Below are positions 1-12,893 of a DNA stretch of 64,000 nt, in pieces (the stretch's first letter is position 1; each line of letters begins with the position of its first letter). The notes beneath the pieces are model-generated. The model was not told the DNA's origin. It worked only from the letters and a program-made list of their open reading frames with translations, and did no database searches. The DNA is from Paraspadella gotoi (taxonomy: Eukaryota; Animalia; Chaetognatha). The position numbers and the translations under genes were made by a program. Where the stretch lies: positions 12,824,081 through 12,888,080 of the forward strand of contig CM119266.1 in NCBI GenBank assembly GCA_051294375.1, given 5' to 3'.

Positions 1-3000
1 AAATCCACCACAGGAATAAAAGTTTCGCCGCAGAGCAACGCGTCGTTGACAGCGCTATGTAGAAAGACGTACTGCTCTTTTGTTTGGACCATGTTGATAC
101 GCTGTTCGCGAAGACTGTTTACCACGCCCAACATGTCGACGTATCCCGTTTGAAAAGCCTGCATTCCGGGTGATATTATCGAAATAAACTTACTATTAAG
201 AAAAGAGAGAATTGTGGCGGTATATTCACACTGCCTCACGTCCACCATCCGTCAGCCAAATCCATTGGCTCAGAGGGGGAACACACCATCCCAGGCGTAG
301 TGTTCCATCCACAGTCCTAACGACTTCCCTCTGCGTTGGCAAAGCGAGACCGTCCTAGGGTAACCGCGCCAGTGACTGGAGGCGTCACTGAGGGTCGGAA
401 GCCCCCAAAGCCAACAGTGAGATGCCCCATCCCAATGGGCATCACAGGCAACCCGGCTGTTGCCATAGAATCATCATTATTTACCTGCTTTAAAAGAATG
501 TCAAGCGAGATGAAAGTTCCGGTCCGACCGACGCCGGCCGAACAGTGGACTACAGTCGTATGAGCGCCATCGTTCGGCGGAGTAAATTCCATAACTCGAC
601 GATAGTAAGCGAGGAGTGCTGCAAGAATTGACGAAATTAACACAAAAGAAATTAAAAACCATACATACCTAAATTGAATAAAATAAAACGTCCTACAAAC
701 CTGTGGGGAAGGTAGGGGTGCCATGGTCCGGCCATGACGTGAAGTGGAACTGCTTAATTTCTCGACTTTGGTGATTTTTGGCGTTGGTAACGAGAAAAGT
801 TCGAACAGTGTAGTCCGCCAACTTGTCTGATGAGACCATTTTGACGTGGATGCTCCCGTAGAGACAGCTGCAATCACAAAATTGGTTCATCAATAATATT
901 TATTCCACATCACACGTTTTTTACTTTTTAACAATTACCTATCCTCTGGCCAGTAGAGGTTGCACTTTGGTTTTCCGTTCTCGACGAGATTTGTAACCAT
1001 AACGATTCTGACGGCGCCGACTTGCCAGCACATTCGCCAAAAGTCGTTGATGGTAAACTTGTTGGGACCTTGCGTTGCGATCCACTCCCGGGGGCGATCG
1101 TAGCCGTTGATCCACGAAGCGTTTATGTAGTCGGTTGCCGAAGGATCCTCTTGATCCTCCATATCCAACTTGACGCGACTGTGATCGTAGGGGATCATGT
1201 CTCGGAATCTGGAAGGCAATGTAGCCAAAGTGTCAGAACTCAATAGAAAATATAATTGCATTTCGCATTAACGGTTGAAGCAACCTGTTCTTGGTTCTAT
1301 GCTCCGGTTTCTTGGCAGCTTCCCACGGATGTAACTGTCCTTTGGGCAACATGTTGTACTCGTTTTCGAAGTAATCCAGGTGAAGCTGCTTCGATTTTAC
1401 GTATTCGGCAAGATCCGTGATACGAATGGGGTTTGTTTTCGGGGCGACGGCGTGATCTATGGATCGAAAGAAAACTCACGCGAACTAACGAATGCATTTT
1501 CCAAACTGTCTCCGGCGAAACTTACCTTGCATGACGACCTGCACGTGCGGTGACTTGTTAGAGTTGCTGGCGTCGAGGCTTGACACGCCCATCTTGGACT
1601 GGCGGGCGCGAGGCTTCGGCGGCACGGCGTTCGTGGGCTTCCCTTCGTGGGCAACAGCGCCTCCATGCACGGGGGGAGGAGGAGGACAACGCATGGCGGA
1701 AGAGGGCGGCGAGACGGGCGTCGAGTTGGAGAGGAGGGGCTGCGAGAAAGAGAGAAATATCTTTAGTATGATACATTCCTATACAATATCGAGATCAATT
1801 CACCTTCGACGTCCCCACCTGCTGCGCGTCGACCTCGACGACGCTCTGTCCGGAGATGACAGCGCCGTTCGTATCGGTCGGCGGAAAAGCGGGCGGGGAG
1901 GGGGAAGATGAAGAGGTGGTGGAGGATCCAGGATAGAGAAGGTCGACTCGAACGGAACAACGGGGAGGCGGCGCGATGATCCCGTCGCCCACCGTCACCA
2001 CGTTCGAGCCGATGAAATGATTCTGGTGACAGAGCAGAGAAACAAAAAGCAGTTTTATTTTTATGAGAGAAATCCGTAGTATAGGACATATAAACCCAGC
2101 AATAACATTATGCAAATTGCAGAAGTCACCCTAGTAAAACATAAAAAGACATCTCTGTGTCACAAAAACTCTAAGCCGGTCGCAACTCAAACATTTAATC
2201 GAGCCTTCATATAACCTGGTTGACCTCGCTGGGCCTAACCGCGTTGATCGCGTGGTGTTCCGGCGTTTTCTTCTCCTCGATGTCGAGCAGCATCGGGCGA
2301 ATGTCGGCCTGGCATTTTTCCGTTTGATTCTCGGATTTTGCCCCGTGATTTTTGCGCATGTAGATGAAGAGTGAAATCAGCATAAGGAGAACGATTAAAC
2401 CGATGACTGAAAACAAAAGAATCTAGGCAAGTGAAAAATTCCCCGCCCAAAAAAAAAATGGCCGCAACCAACACCCACCTGCGCCGACGATGTGAGCGCT
2501 GATGGTGTTGGCGTACGTGGCGGGTACGACGATGGCGAAGGGCTTGGTGACCGCTCGCTGCGTGCGGCTGCGAATGGCCGGTCCCTCGGCGCGGCACTCG
2601 ACCACGGCTCCTTGGTCCTTTGGTGAGAGACGCAGGTTTACCTGGGATTTGGTCGTCTTGACGCCGGTTACGTCGTTGACTTGAATTGTCTCCGACGTGA
2701 CCGGCGACAGAGGCACGCGGTCGTCGTCGGCCAAGACTTTAAACCACAGATGATTGACCGGTGGTTTCGCGCTCTCGGTGACGCACCAAAGCGGAAGAAT
2801 GATTTCCTGAAGAATGATGATGATATTTTAAAAAATAATTTACATACATACAGCGTCACAGCTTGATCGATGAGCGACCATTTTGAACCTAAGGCAATGA
2901 GGCAAATTGTAAACACCTGATCGGGTTCATCGGTAGAAGCGATGGCTCCGCTACCATCGGGGTCAATTTTATTGGGGTCGAGCAGCGTCCCGTTGTAGCC

Positions 3001-3990
3001 TTCGATGTAAGTCGCGTTGGGCTCTCGGCGAACCTCCAAGAGGACTTTTACCTTGACTTCTCTCAACGCCTTGAAAGGAAAAGGAAAGATAATGACAATG
3101 ACAGAAATGACACCGGAAGTCAGCGAGCTTCTCACCGTATCGCATTCGAAGGTTCCGTCGTGTTGCTCTATTTTTAGATGAAAAATTTGTAGGCTTCCAT
3201 TCTTAGTGATGTTGACGTCCTTGTCGTTGATCGAGGGACTCGCGAGAAACGTGGGACCGATTTTTCGCTCGATCGATCGATATTGGGGGCCGTTAGCATA
3301 CTGGTAAAAAAAGGGGGCGAGAGGAAAACGTTATCACATCGAGTCACAGTGGGTGAACCTCAAGCGCGGAAACAAATGATTATAGATTAGGAGAAAGCGT
3401 TGATTCACAATTAGTCGGTTTTTCTAAAAATATTGAAGTTTTATTCGGATTCCTTTTTTAACTAATACTAATGAATGAATTTATTTCCTGATATACAGAT
3501 TCGAGTCGTAATCAATCCACCAATGAGACAGAAAACAGTAGTAATGCAATCATTGTTTTAAAATCCTTACCGAAATTCGCGGAAGCGAAAATGGCTAGTT
3601 GAACAGAGAAAAAGGTTAAAACATTTCCCAATGGTTAGTAGATACGAAACAAAATGGCGACATTTCATTTACCTGAATAGACTTGTTTTGTGTAAACTTC
3701 CACGTGACGAAATACTGGGGATTCTCGCAAGGGATGGTCACGGGCTCGTTTTCCCACGCGATTTTTCGCTCCGTCTTAACTACTTCCGACGACCCGATGG
3801 GCGAGCGTCGTCGTCGAGCCGCCGCGGTTTTCGACCGAGTCGAAACGTCCGGCGTTTCGACCCTGACAACTTCATCGTCGGCGTCTCCTGCCAACACGTG
3901 CGCGTGAGTATTTCTGAAACGCGTCGCGAACGAGAGGACGACGACGAAAGTTATTAGCACGTGCGACAGACGGAACGTCTTTGACGCCAT
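1..3990 (-). CDS. Receptor-type protein tyrosine phosphatase (signal peptide, Ig-like ectodomain, TM, PTP domain); multi-exon, runs off the window
   Basis: Spliced exons give [49 protein letters not shown] and MVQTKEQY; [19 protein letters not shown] at about 2360-2410. Confidence 0.9.
213..467 (+). mobile_element. About 250-nt SINE/retrozyme-like element (tRNA-like A/B boxes + twister motif + 3' hairpins) in a PTP intron
   Basis: Homologous to 47258-47508 and 47813-48060; TGGCTCAGAGG (A-like), GTTCCATCC (B-like). Confidence 0.65.
335..415 (+). ncRNA. Twister ribozyme, type P5
   Basis: P5 GTTGGC/GCCAAC; GCGA-GA-CCG; P1 TCC-TA-GGG; TAA; P2 CCGC; GC; P3 CAGTGAC/GTCACTG; A; P4 GGG-TCGG-AAGC-CCC; T1 CCG/CGG; predicted cleavage U361^A362. 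Confidence 0.85.
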
Positions 3991-4279
3991 CGTGACACGC
4001 ACGCGCGTTTAAAAGTAGGGGTAGGATTCGTTATCGCGTGACGCGAAGATACAACATAACCGAGTGAGCGCGTGACATTTTATTTCCGACTAACTTTTAC
4101 GTAATTAATAACATTTTAGAGAATTATCACGGTATATTATTGTTCGATCACAAGTTTTTTTCTTCATTTTCTGAGTAAAGGTAAAAAAATAAAAATAGAG
4201 CATAGTAATAAAAAAAAATAACATAATGACAAGGCAATGCCAATGATAAATTCATGAGCGCGAAATGCAATTAATGAAT

Positions 4280-5801
4280 TCATGGATTTCTTTTCCTCAA
4301 AATGAATTTTTGTTTGGATAATTGAGACAAATGAATTTTAGTCTTAGTCCTATCTTCGACTTTACGAATGCATATTTGGTCCTGATGCCCAATTGCCATG
4401 ATGACGCCGGGTTCGCGTCCATCCTTTGATTCCAGGAAGACGGACTGTCCCGGCTTGAACCACTTTTTGTCGTAGAAGAGTTTTCCGTTTTCAATGCGAA
4501 TACCCGCCAAAGAGGGAGGCGGATCCCCGCTCGCGGTCGAGTCACCGCCTGCCGAAGTCGACGGTCGCGAAACGTTTCCGGTCAGTTTCTATAAAACAAA
4601 ACCGGTAAATGTTTATCGCATTAAAAAGTACGCGTAAACACAGAAAATGAACAATTAGGTCTTCGCCAGCTGACTTGTATTATTTTGAGATCCTCGTTAA
4701 TATCCTCTTCATCCAAGATGTAGTTAAGGGCGGGTTGACCATTCTTGGCTCGCTTGGCGTTGGGTTGCGCTCCCCCGCGGTTCTCAGTCGTTCTGCGAAA
4801 TAAATGAATCATCCACGGTTTTTCTTTAGTGATTTTCTCTTTGTTTAAAAACCGAGAAAAAAAAGTAGCGATTAAAACCGAGCACCTCTTCCTCAGAGTT
4901 CGCGTGACTGGTTTCTGCATGGGATCCATCGGGTCGTAGAGTGACGTCATCATGCGCATCGAAGAAGCGGCGCCAGTTAAGTCTAAACTTTGCCTTTCGT
5001 TTTCGACCTAGTAGTAGAAAAACATAAAAACACTTCGAAACGAAGGCTATCCCCCCTCGGGATTCCTTTTTATTTATTTTTCCTTCACCCGCTCGCCCTT
5101 TTTGTAATAAGCTTTATCGAGATTTACCAGTCGTTTTTTTTCTTCAAGCTCCGATAAGAGATTTTCTCTCAGCTCGATTTTTCTTTCTTCGAATTCGTTC
5201 GCCGCGGATCTTTTCTCGTTGATGAATTCATTTTGGATCTGAGCAAAAAAGAGAGAAGATAAAAAGGCAAATAAATATTAGTCGAATGTTTTACTTAACG
5301 ATCTGCTAAATCGTAATTGGCAAAATGGTAGCCTACCTGTTCTTCGTCGTATTCCCTCGCCACCTCTCGAAGTCTCGCATTCTCTTTGTGAGTTAACTCC
5401 AGCTTTTTTAACTTTTTCATGTACTCTGGCAAAACGCCCTCGCGGAGCCGCTGAAGTTGAGTTTTTAGCAATCTCAGCTTGTCCTGATACATCTGCTCTT
5501 TGATATCAGCATATGAATCTTCTTTTGGGCGATCCTGGGGATAATCGATGGGAGAAAACATCGACCATTAAGCAACACTTTAGACAAAATCACTTTAGCA
5601 CATATTACTTTCGTATAGTTAGTTCACTGTTATTATTCAACTTACAGCGTCATCCGAAGATCTGGCGTCCTCAGTGTCTTCGTCAGAATCGTCGTCGCTG
5701 TGAGCGTGTCTTGTTATTCCCATCGTCATGGAGCGATCGTCACACGAACTTTCTTCGTTATCGGGTCTTTCATTTTTGCCGAATCTCGGCGTCTTTTGCA
5801 T
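4280..5801 (-). CDS. SUDS3: Sin3-HDAC complex subunit SDS3
   Basis: DEDTEDA, KEQMYQDKL..LKTQLQRL, KPVTRTLRKR, LNYIL, RIENGKLFYDKKW. Confidence 0.9.
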
Positions 5802-6059
5802 TATATTATCAAAATCAAAATCTAAGACATCGAAAAACTGGTCAAGGAAAATAACTAATTTGGAAGCAGTTTCTGCAACTTATTAGTATTAAGCTTTTTG
5901 TATAAAAATACAAATATTCTAGTAATCCAAAATTACGTAAAACCTAGAAAAGAGTTTCAATTTGTTTCATCTAAAAGCTGAAATTCCTCTTAGTCATTCC
6001 GCATGGTCAAGTAAATTTTATCTAATGTAATGTGAGAAGATTTTCTTCTCAACGCGGCT

Positions 6060-8534
6060 TTATTTTCCGGCGTTGACGAGACTACGATTGATGTCCTCAA
6101 ACTTGAGAATCTGTCGAATGAAGAAGTCGCCATAGCGACGCGCGACTTTCGTGTCGGCAATGTGAATCATGTCCTTATCCACGTAAAAATCGACCTGAAA
6201 AAAAAAATCAAGGGAAAGTTTTTCTTAATTGATGCATGACATTGCATGTGACATTGGTGCAACTCTCAAACCTCTGACGACGACTGAAGCTCGCCCTCGA
6301 GACCCGACGATCCGCTGCCCTTGGTCCACACAACGTTCTTCATCTTGTGTTTGAAGGCAAGGAGATGCGTCTTGAGCAAGCGCTCGTCGATCTCCATAAA
6401 AGCAGCCAGTTTGGAGATGGGCATCGTTGTGTACAATTTCAGGTAAGATCTGCGTTAAAGAATTTAATTTGTATCAAAGTTTCAAATTACGTTACATCTG
6501 TCCCGCGTATTCAGAAAACTACTCCCGACCTGATTGTGGGAAGCCAAATTTGTTGCTCGATCTCATCCATGAAAACTTTGAGCTGTTGAAGGTAGGGCTC
6601 TTTGCCGATCTTGGCGTTGGGCATGTCGTAGTTCGGGGCCACGGGAGACAAAAACTTGGGGCAGGCGAAACGAAAGTTGGCTTCGAACTCCTGCGTATCG
6701 CCTTTGGCCATCTTTTGCATCTGCTCGCCAAACTTTTCCTAAAGTAGGAGGGAATACGTAGGTGATCGAGATTCTAAAGAGAAAGAAAAATAGGGCGAAT
6801 AAAAAGAATTCAAAACCGCAAACCTTGAGCTGGGAATGGACGCTCTCGTCGATGCGCGTTGGATGAAGCGTGAGAGCGATCGCCAGCAGAGCGTACATCT
6901 GATCGTGCTGCTTGTTGATGAGTTCCACTTGGTAGTTTTTGTGATGGAAAATCTAAAGCGAGAATGATCCAAGTATAAAAATAAACAAAATTTACGGGTC
7001 TACATGTAAAATAGCTCGTCTAACCTGTTTGGTTCTCTGAATGTAGAGGATGATGTTGACAAAGGTTCTTATAGCGTCTTGGTATCGGCGCATCATGAGA
7101 TAGGCGAAACCGACGAAGTAATACGTCGTCACCTAGAGAAGTTAATTGAGTGTGTCAGTCAGATGTCTATTGTTTAACCCGAAAGTCTAATAATTACGAC
7201 ACATTTTTGAATAACCTGACAAGCGGGAACTCTAGAATACATAGTCTTCTTGTTAATATCGATGTTTTCAAGGATGTGAATGGCCTGGTAGAAATCGCCC
7301 AATAAGGAATGGAGCCGACAAAGTCCAATGAGTGAGAAATATCCCAACATTTTGTAGAGAGAGTGCATGCCGAATTCTCCAGCAACGCTTTCAGGCTCTC
7401 CTCCGGCAGCGAACACCTTAATAAGTAAAATTTTTATTTTTTAAATAAAAACGTCTATGAAAAATAAATCATTGTTTACAAACTCATTAAATTCTTTGTA
7501 AAATTTATAATTAAAAAAATGCCAAGCAAATATTTCAATATGTATTTCGCTAACCTCCAGCTGAGCATTTATGTGACTCTTTTCAACCAGAGAGTGCAAA
7601 ACGTTGAGAACCGAATGAACGTTCCAGATGGTCGGGTTGTTCCGAATTTGGACGATTTCGTTAGATTCCAACTTGTTCAGGTTGGATCTGAAGAGCAAAC
7701 CGAATTTCGAGTTACTACAATTCATAAAAATATAAGTATTATTTTTTCATACCTGTAGAGGCTGAAGGACTGGAACTGATAGATAAACTCATCAATGATG
7801 TCCCACAACCACTGATTAGGTAATTCCCGGTTGATGGGGCCATCCGAGTTGAGAATGTGATTAAAAAGACTGCAATAATTATAGTAAGATTCGTAGCGCT
7901 GCTCGAAAGTCGGTCCATCGCTGACGCGGGCGTAAATGTGCCGAAAGTACAGTTCTTTGTACAGAATGATGAAAAACGGATCGTGCTGACCTTCATTTAC
8001 AAAACGGGATGGAAAATATATTATAAATCAAATTAATCAAAGCCAAACCGCGTGGGCATGTCATAATCTAAAACTAATTATCATACCGACGTATGTCGTG
8101 ATGACCTCAGCATCAGGCCAAGAGTTGTTTTTGAAAAACCTTTCGGTCAATTTTGGAAAGCCATTTTCATAACATTCCTAAAAATAAAATAAAAATATAA
8201 ATATGTTGTCAACCAAAAATCACAAAACTACTAACCTGAATTTGAGATACGTTTCTCTCCGCAATGACTTGCTGAAAGTAAGTCAAAAAACTCCTAATGA
8301 CCTCGGGAATGACCGTGTAATTTTTTGACTGACGTTGTGGGTAGTGATGACCACCAGACGATGGTAAAGAGTAGGGGTCGTGATACATGTCGTGCGAGTA
8401 TCCGCTAAAATGGGAGCAAAAACTTAAATATTTTCTACTTACTAGCAGTTTAACAGACTAACATAACATATGCAAACCCACCCGCCGAAATCATCGCCTC
8501 CTTGCTCGTATTCGTCGACGTCGTAATCGTACAT
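6060..8534 (-). CDS. EIF3L: Translation initiation factor 3 subunit L
   Basis: [81 protein letters not shown]. Confidence 0.95.
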
Positions 8535-9744
8535 TTTTAAGAGTTTAAAATTCTGTTTTTCAAGACTATATAAGGGTAAAAACGACGTTAAATTAATGGC
8601 GCAATTATCGCACTAAAATAAATAACCGACGACTAACTATCCAGGAAAAAAGTTATAAACGATCGATCAAATGGAATGAAACAAACGACTTTTGAAAACA
8701 ATGTGTTGGATAAATTAAAGAATGAAGATCAAGGGTTGGTTTTGGAATAATTAAACCCGAAAGTAACAATACTGTCAATATCACGTATTAATTAAATAAA
8801 TTTAAAAGTATTAAGGTCCTTGGTGAATTTCGTGAAGACAGTCCAAACTGACAGATGCAAAAATAGCGATTCCGTAAATCCATAAGTGACAAAGACAACA
8901 ATTTAGTATATTAACTACGAAGTATAAACCGAACAAATGAAAATTTAACACTCCGCCATTTTAAAAGTATCACGACGCAAACCACAACAAACGAAATTAA
9001 TTGCCAAATGAGTTTTTCATGCACTCTCAATAGTACATATAATCCAAAGGTAAACAAAATAACTTTGCCTAATTTAGCCGTAAGATTCAATAGACAAGAA
9101 CAACGTTCAATCGAATAGCTAAACCGCCGTTACCCAAAAGCTGATGATAAAATTAAAGATGGGCGCGCCGCGATCCTTACGAGCAGTGTAGATCTTCACT
9201 TGGAGTAGGGCCTAACCGTCACAATTTTAAATCATTTTGTGGACGAAAGACAGTTTTGGTAATGGTTATATATTATAGATATAAAGTTTACTTATCGTAG
9301 TTTGAGCAACATCACTTGACGAAAGGTGAACTGAACATCGGCATAAGCAAATAGGAATCACTTTTTCATTTCTCTTTAAGTCATCGCTGAGAAAAAAGCG
9401 ACGAGGCAACCACAATCGTAAACAATTCCACTTTCTTTTGTGAAATAAACTGGTAAGAAGGTTAAAGATATTGGTAAACAAATGATAATACCAAGGGACA
9501 ACAAATCGTTAACCCGCAAAAGAACAGGGTTAAACTTTAATAGAATTCAATACTAGGTGTGTGTAAAGAAGCAAAATAGAGTCAAGCCTGTTTTTGAGAC
9601 AAACGTGAAACGAATAAATAATCGGCCAACAATAAAGTGGAATTCAAAAATATGCGAAGAACTAACCTGATCTGGACGACAAACAAAAATACTTGAATGG
9701 GTTTTTTTTTAACCGTTTATTTTTTTTTCCAAAATTCTCCCCGC

Positions 9745-11271
9745 CTATGACTTGCATTTGTGCGCGAAAAGGAAAAGGCCGAGAATGAGAACAGGCACGA
9801 GGGAAACAGAGACGACGAACACGACGAGAGGAAGTGTAGTGGTCAGTGAGGGGATGATGGATGGGGCGGCTGCGACGGTGGGCGAGGGATCGGATGCGTC
9901 ACCGACGCAAGTCATCACGCGCTTCCAGGCCTTTTGAACGCTTTGCATCAAACGGAGAGCAGATTCGCGTCCTTTGCTAATGTGAGCTCCAATCGTCAAG
10001 TCCAGAGGATACCGTCCTGCGGCAACTGAGGAAAATGAGAGTTTAATGATTATAATAATTATTTTCAATAGGGAAGTACTTCGCGAGATATCAAAAATAA
10101 TATAAACATTGGTATACAATAATCAAATTTCATTTATCCATATAATACTAACTTGCAGACATGAGATTTTTAACTTTTATCTCGGCCCGATTGAGAGAGG
10201 CATTTAACTGTTTTACAATAGCGATCGTTTCCAACAACGAATTTTCTAAATTCCATTTTCGGCATTCAGCACCGACAGGCTTTTCTGAAAAAACGTAAAA
10301 GAGAATAACCATAACCATTAACCATATACAATTATACATGAACATTAAACAACCAATAACAAGCTGGCTACTCACATATACCAACCTTCGACCTTTCGAG
10401 AGCTTATGGAATATTCCCAAAAAAATACACTGACGACGCCTTGCACGATCATAATGAACGAAGAGAGAATGATGAGATTCCTTAGTCGATTGATGAGCTG
10501 TTTCGATTCTGGATCTGGAGGCGAAAAATCCGATAAAGCAAACGATAACAAAAATGCCAATAAGAATTAGGGTCGTATGGATTACAAAGCGGACCTCTTG
10601 TAACCCCGGAGCGGCGCCTGTGTCGATGCCTAACTCGATGAGGAGTCGGATCGGCATCGGCGGCATTCCCTTCATTATCCTCGTTGGCGACATTCGGCGA
10701 CGTCGAAGCAGAAGCGCCGTCGCGCATTTCCAGCTGCGATAGGCGCCGGGGAGGAGAACGAGAGCCGAGATTTTGTAGAGGAATGGACAATTCCGAAACG
10801 TGGTTGCCGCTCAAGCGAGACATGGATCCCCTGTTCAAGCGAAAGATTCCAAAAAAATTGCATCGTTGATGAGTCACGTCGTCCACGAATTCTCACCTTC
10901 CGTGAGCGAATCTGACTAGAACTTCCACTCCGTGAACGGACGGCGTCGTGACGGGCGCCGCCACAAAATCTTGTTCGCTGATAGGATGGCGACATAGCGG
11001 ACAGGAGGGTTGAGTTGAAGGGCCCTTAGAGGGATGAATCAAATAGAGACAATTAGGTCACTTATTATGCGTCATGTTTCACAGCTTTCACCTGGTTGTT
11101 GTTTTGAGACGTCTGATTCAGAGCGAGTCGAGAAACGTAAATATGAGATCGAATGCAGGATTGACAAAATCGGTGTCCACACGTAGTGAAGACGGGATTG
11201 TCGAAAGTGCCGAGACAGATGGGACATTCGCTTCCGGTTCCAGAAAGACCGGAGATCGAGGACGAGGGCAT
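9745..11271 (-). CDS. C3HC4 RING protein with C-terminal hydrophobic/TM segments (3' exons uncertain)
   Basis: CPICL..TCGHRFCQSC spliced to SCPLCRHPI; downstream hydrophobic exons. Confidence 0.65.
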
Positions 11272-11561
11272 TGGTATTCTCTTTTAAATTCCGAATCCGA
11301 AGTATCAAGTCGTGAATAGCACTCGCGTTGAACGTTTGGATTCAAGCGCTACTATTCATCGGGTTCTGTCAAAACATTTTTAGCAAAGCATTCGAACAAT
11401 AAAGATATAGTCAACTACTGACCATAAAATTAAACGAGCCGATAAAAACAACAATGTAAATAGGAAAAGATAAAATAACGAGTCTTAACGACTGAAAAAA
11501 TAAAACGTTTCGTGTAACGAATGAGAAGCGAGATTTGTCCGTAAACTCGCGCGATCTACAT

Positions 11562-12691
11562 CACGGATTACGTCGAAGACTGTTTAGGTTTTGCTGGTAA
11601 AAGGATTCGATTTCGTCCGACAAGGGACTCCAACCAGCGAGGCTACTTTCCAAGAGTCGCAGCATTTGGCAACGTGTCAGGGATTCCGTTTTTTCGTCCA
11701 GGATCTTCTGACGGACGGATTCGATTAGAGCCTGCGGCCAAAATTAGGACAAACATTGCAACTTTCTTAATTATTTTCGATTCAAATGGACGCACCCTCT
11801 CTTTGTCGGGAGCCTTTTCTCGCAAGATCGGACCGACGATCTGAAGGTTGTCGGCCAGGACTCGACTCGCAGTTTCCGTCAGTGAAAAATCCTGCAGCAT
11901 CATGGAGAGATACTCGACGACGGGCGTGGCCAGCGGCATAAAAGGTTCCCCGTTTCGGTTTCGTACAACCGAAAATACCTCGCAAAGCAAAGAGGCGCAG
12001 CTGAGAAAGTCCGACTCGGATTTTTCAAAAATCGTCGCTCTGAAATATCATTGAACCGCGTGTAAAATTAATTTAGTCGAAAATATTTATTTTTTAAAAA
12101 AATTAAAAAACCTGTTGTTAAAATCCGTCTGCATGGTTCGAAGGAGATGTTTCCTAAATTCCTCCCCACCATTGTCTAATAGAGTCAGTTCTTGGCAGCA
12201 ACGGGCAGCAGTGGCAGAGAAGTCGCGATTATCAAGGCAAGACGAGTGGAGAGCGCGAGCCACATCCGCCGCTCCTACAAAAATAAATGAACCCGAGAGG
12301 ACGATTAGAATCTCATCCATAAGACTCGAGTGCAAAACGCAGGATAATAACACGTCCCATCGCACCGTCCGGGAAATAGGACACAAGACGCTCCGTGAGC
12401 TCGTGAGGTTTCGCCCGGGTGGCGGCTGCTTTGCTAACGATGATTTCGACGGGGACGACAGACGGTGCTGGCTTAGTTTCCGGCTCTGATTCGTCGAATT
12501 GATTCGCTGACAAAAATGAAGATTTGTCAGCAGTGGCCTTTTAAAAAAGGGGAAAAAAAGTACCAACCCTCTGGGACTTTGGCAGGTAAAGCTAACTCCG
12601 CCGATCCGGGTTGATTCAACGAAGCGTAGCTAAAAGCACCGCGCCCGCGTCCCCTGCCTCGAGGCGTAGCACCGGAGCTCACCGCCTCCAT
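11562..12691 (-). CDS. MIF4G-domain protein (SLIP1/CTIF-like)
   Basis: FSATAARCC, FRKHLLRTMQTDF, LLCEVF, RCQMLRLLESSLAGWSPL. Confidence 0.75.
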
Positions 12692-12893
12692 TAAAAAGTT
12701 CGTGAAAGACGGAAACAATAATTAAATACAACTAAAAAATTCAACCAAGACCAATTAACAGGATAACGTAACAATCATCGGTAAAATCATCGTAAATAAA
12801 AATCTTTGTTAAAAAAGATTTAAATGAAAAGAATCGCATCTATAACTAGAGTAACACTGGTTTATAAAACGTAGCCCAAAGTAAAAAGAAAAA

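Noticed and set aside
230-275. HDV-like ribozyme (CCTCACGT resembles L3)
   Set aside because: P3 and P1 pairings cannot be formed
213-467. Element read as an H/ACA snoRNA, U17 or telomerase RNA in host-sense orientation (ends hairpin-ACA)
   Set aside because: No template or U17 m1/m2 motifs; the opposite strand fits twister with covarying pseudoknots
317-480. C-terminal part of the 186-aa ORF as PTP coding sequence
   Set aside because: Read-through into the intron; the true exon resumes near 158 (AFQTGYVDM)
826-836. Hammerhead core CTGATGAG
   Set aside because: Antisense of coding sequence; no stem II or GAAA partner
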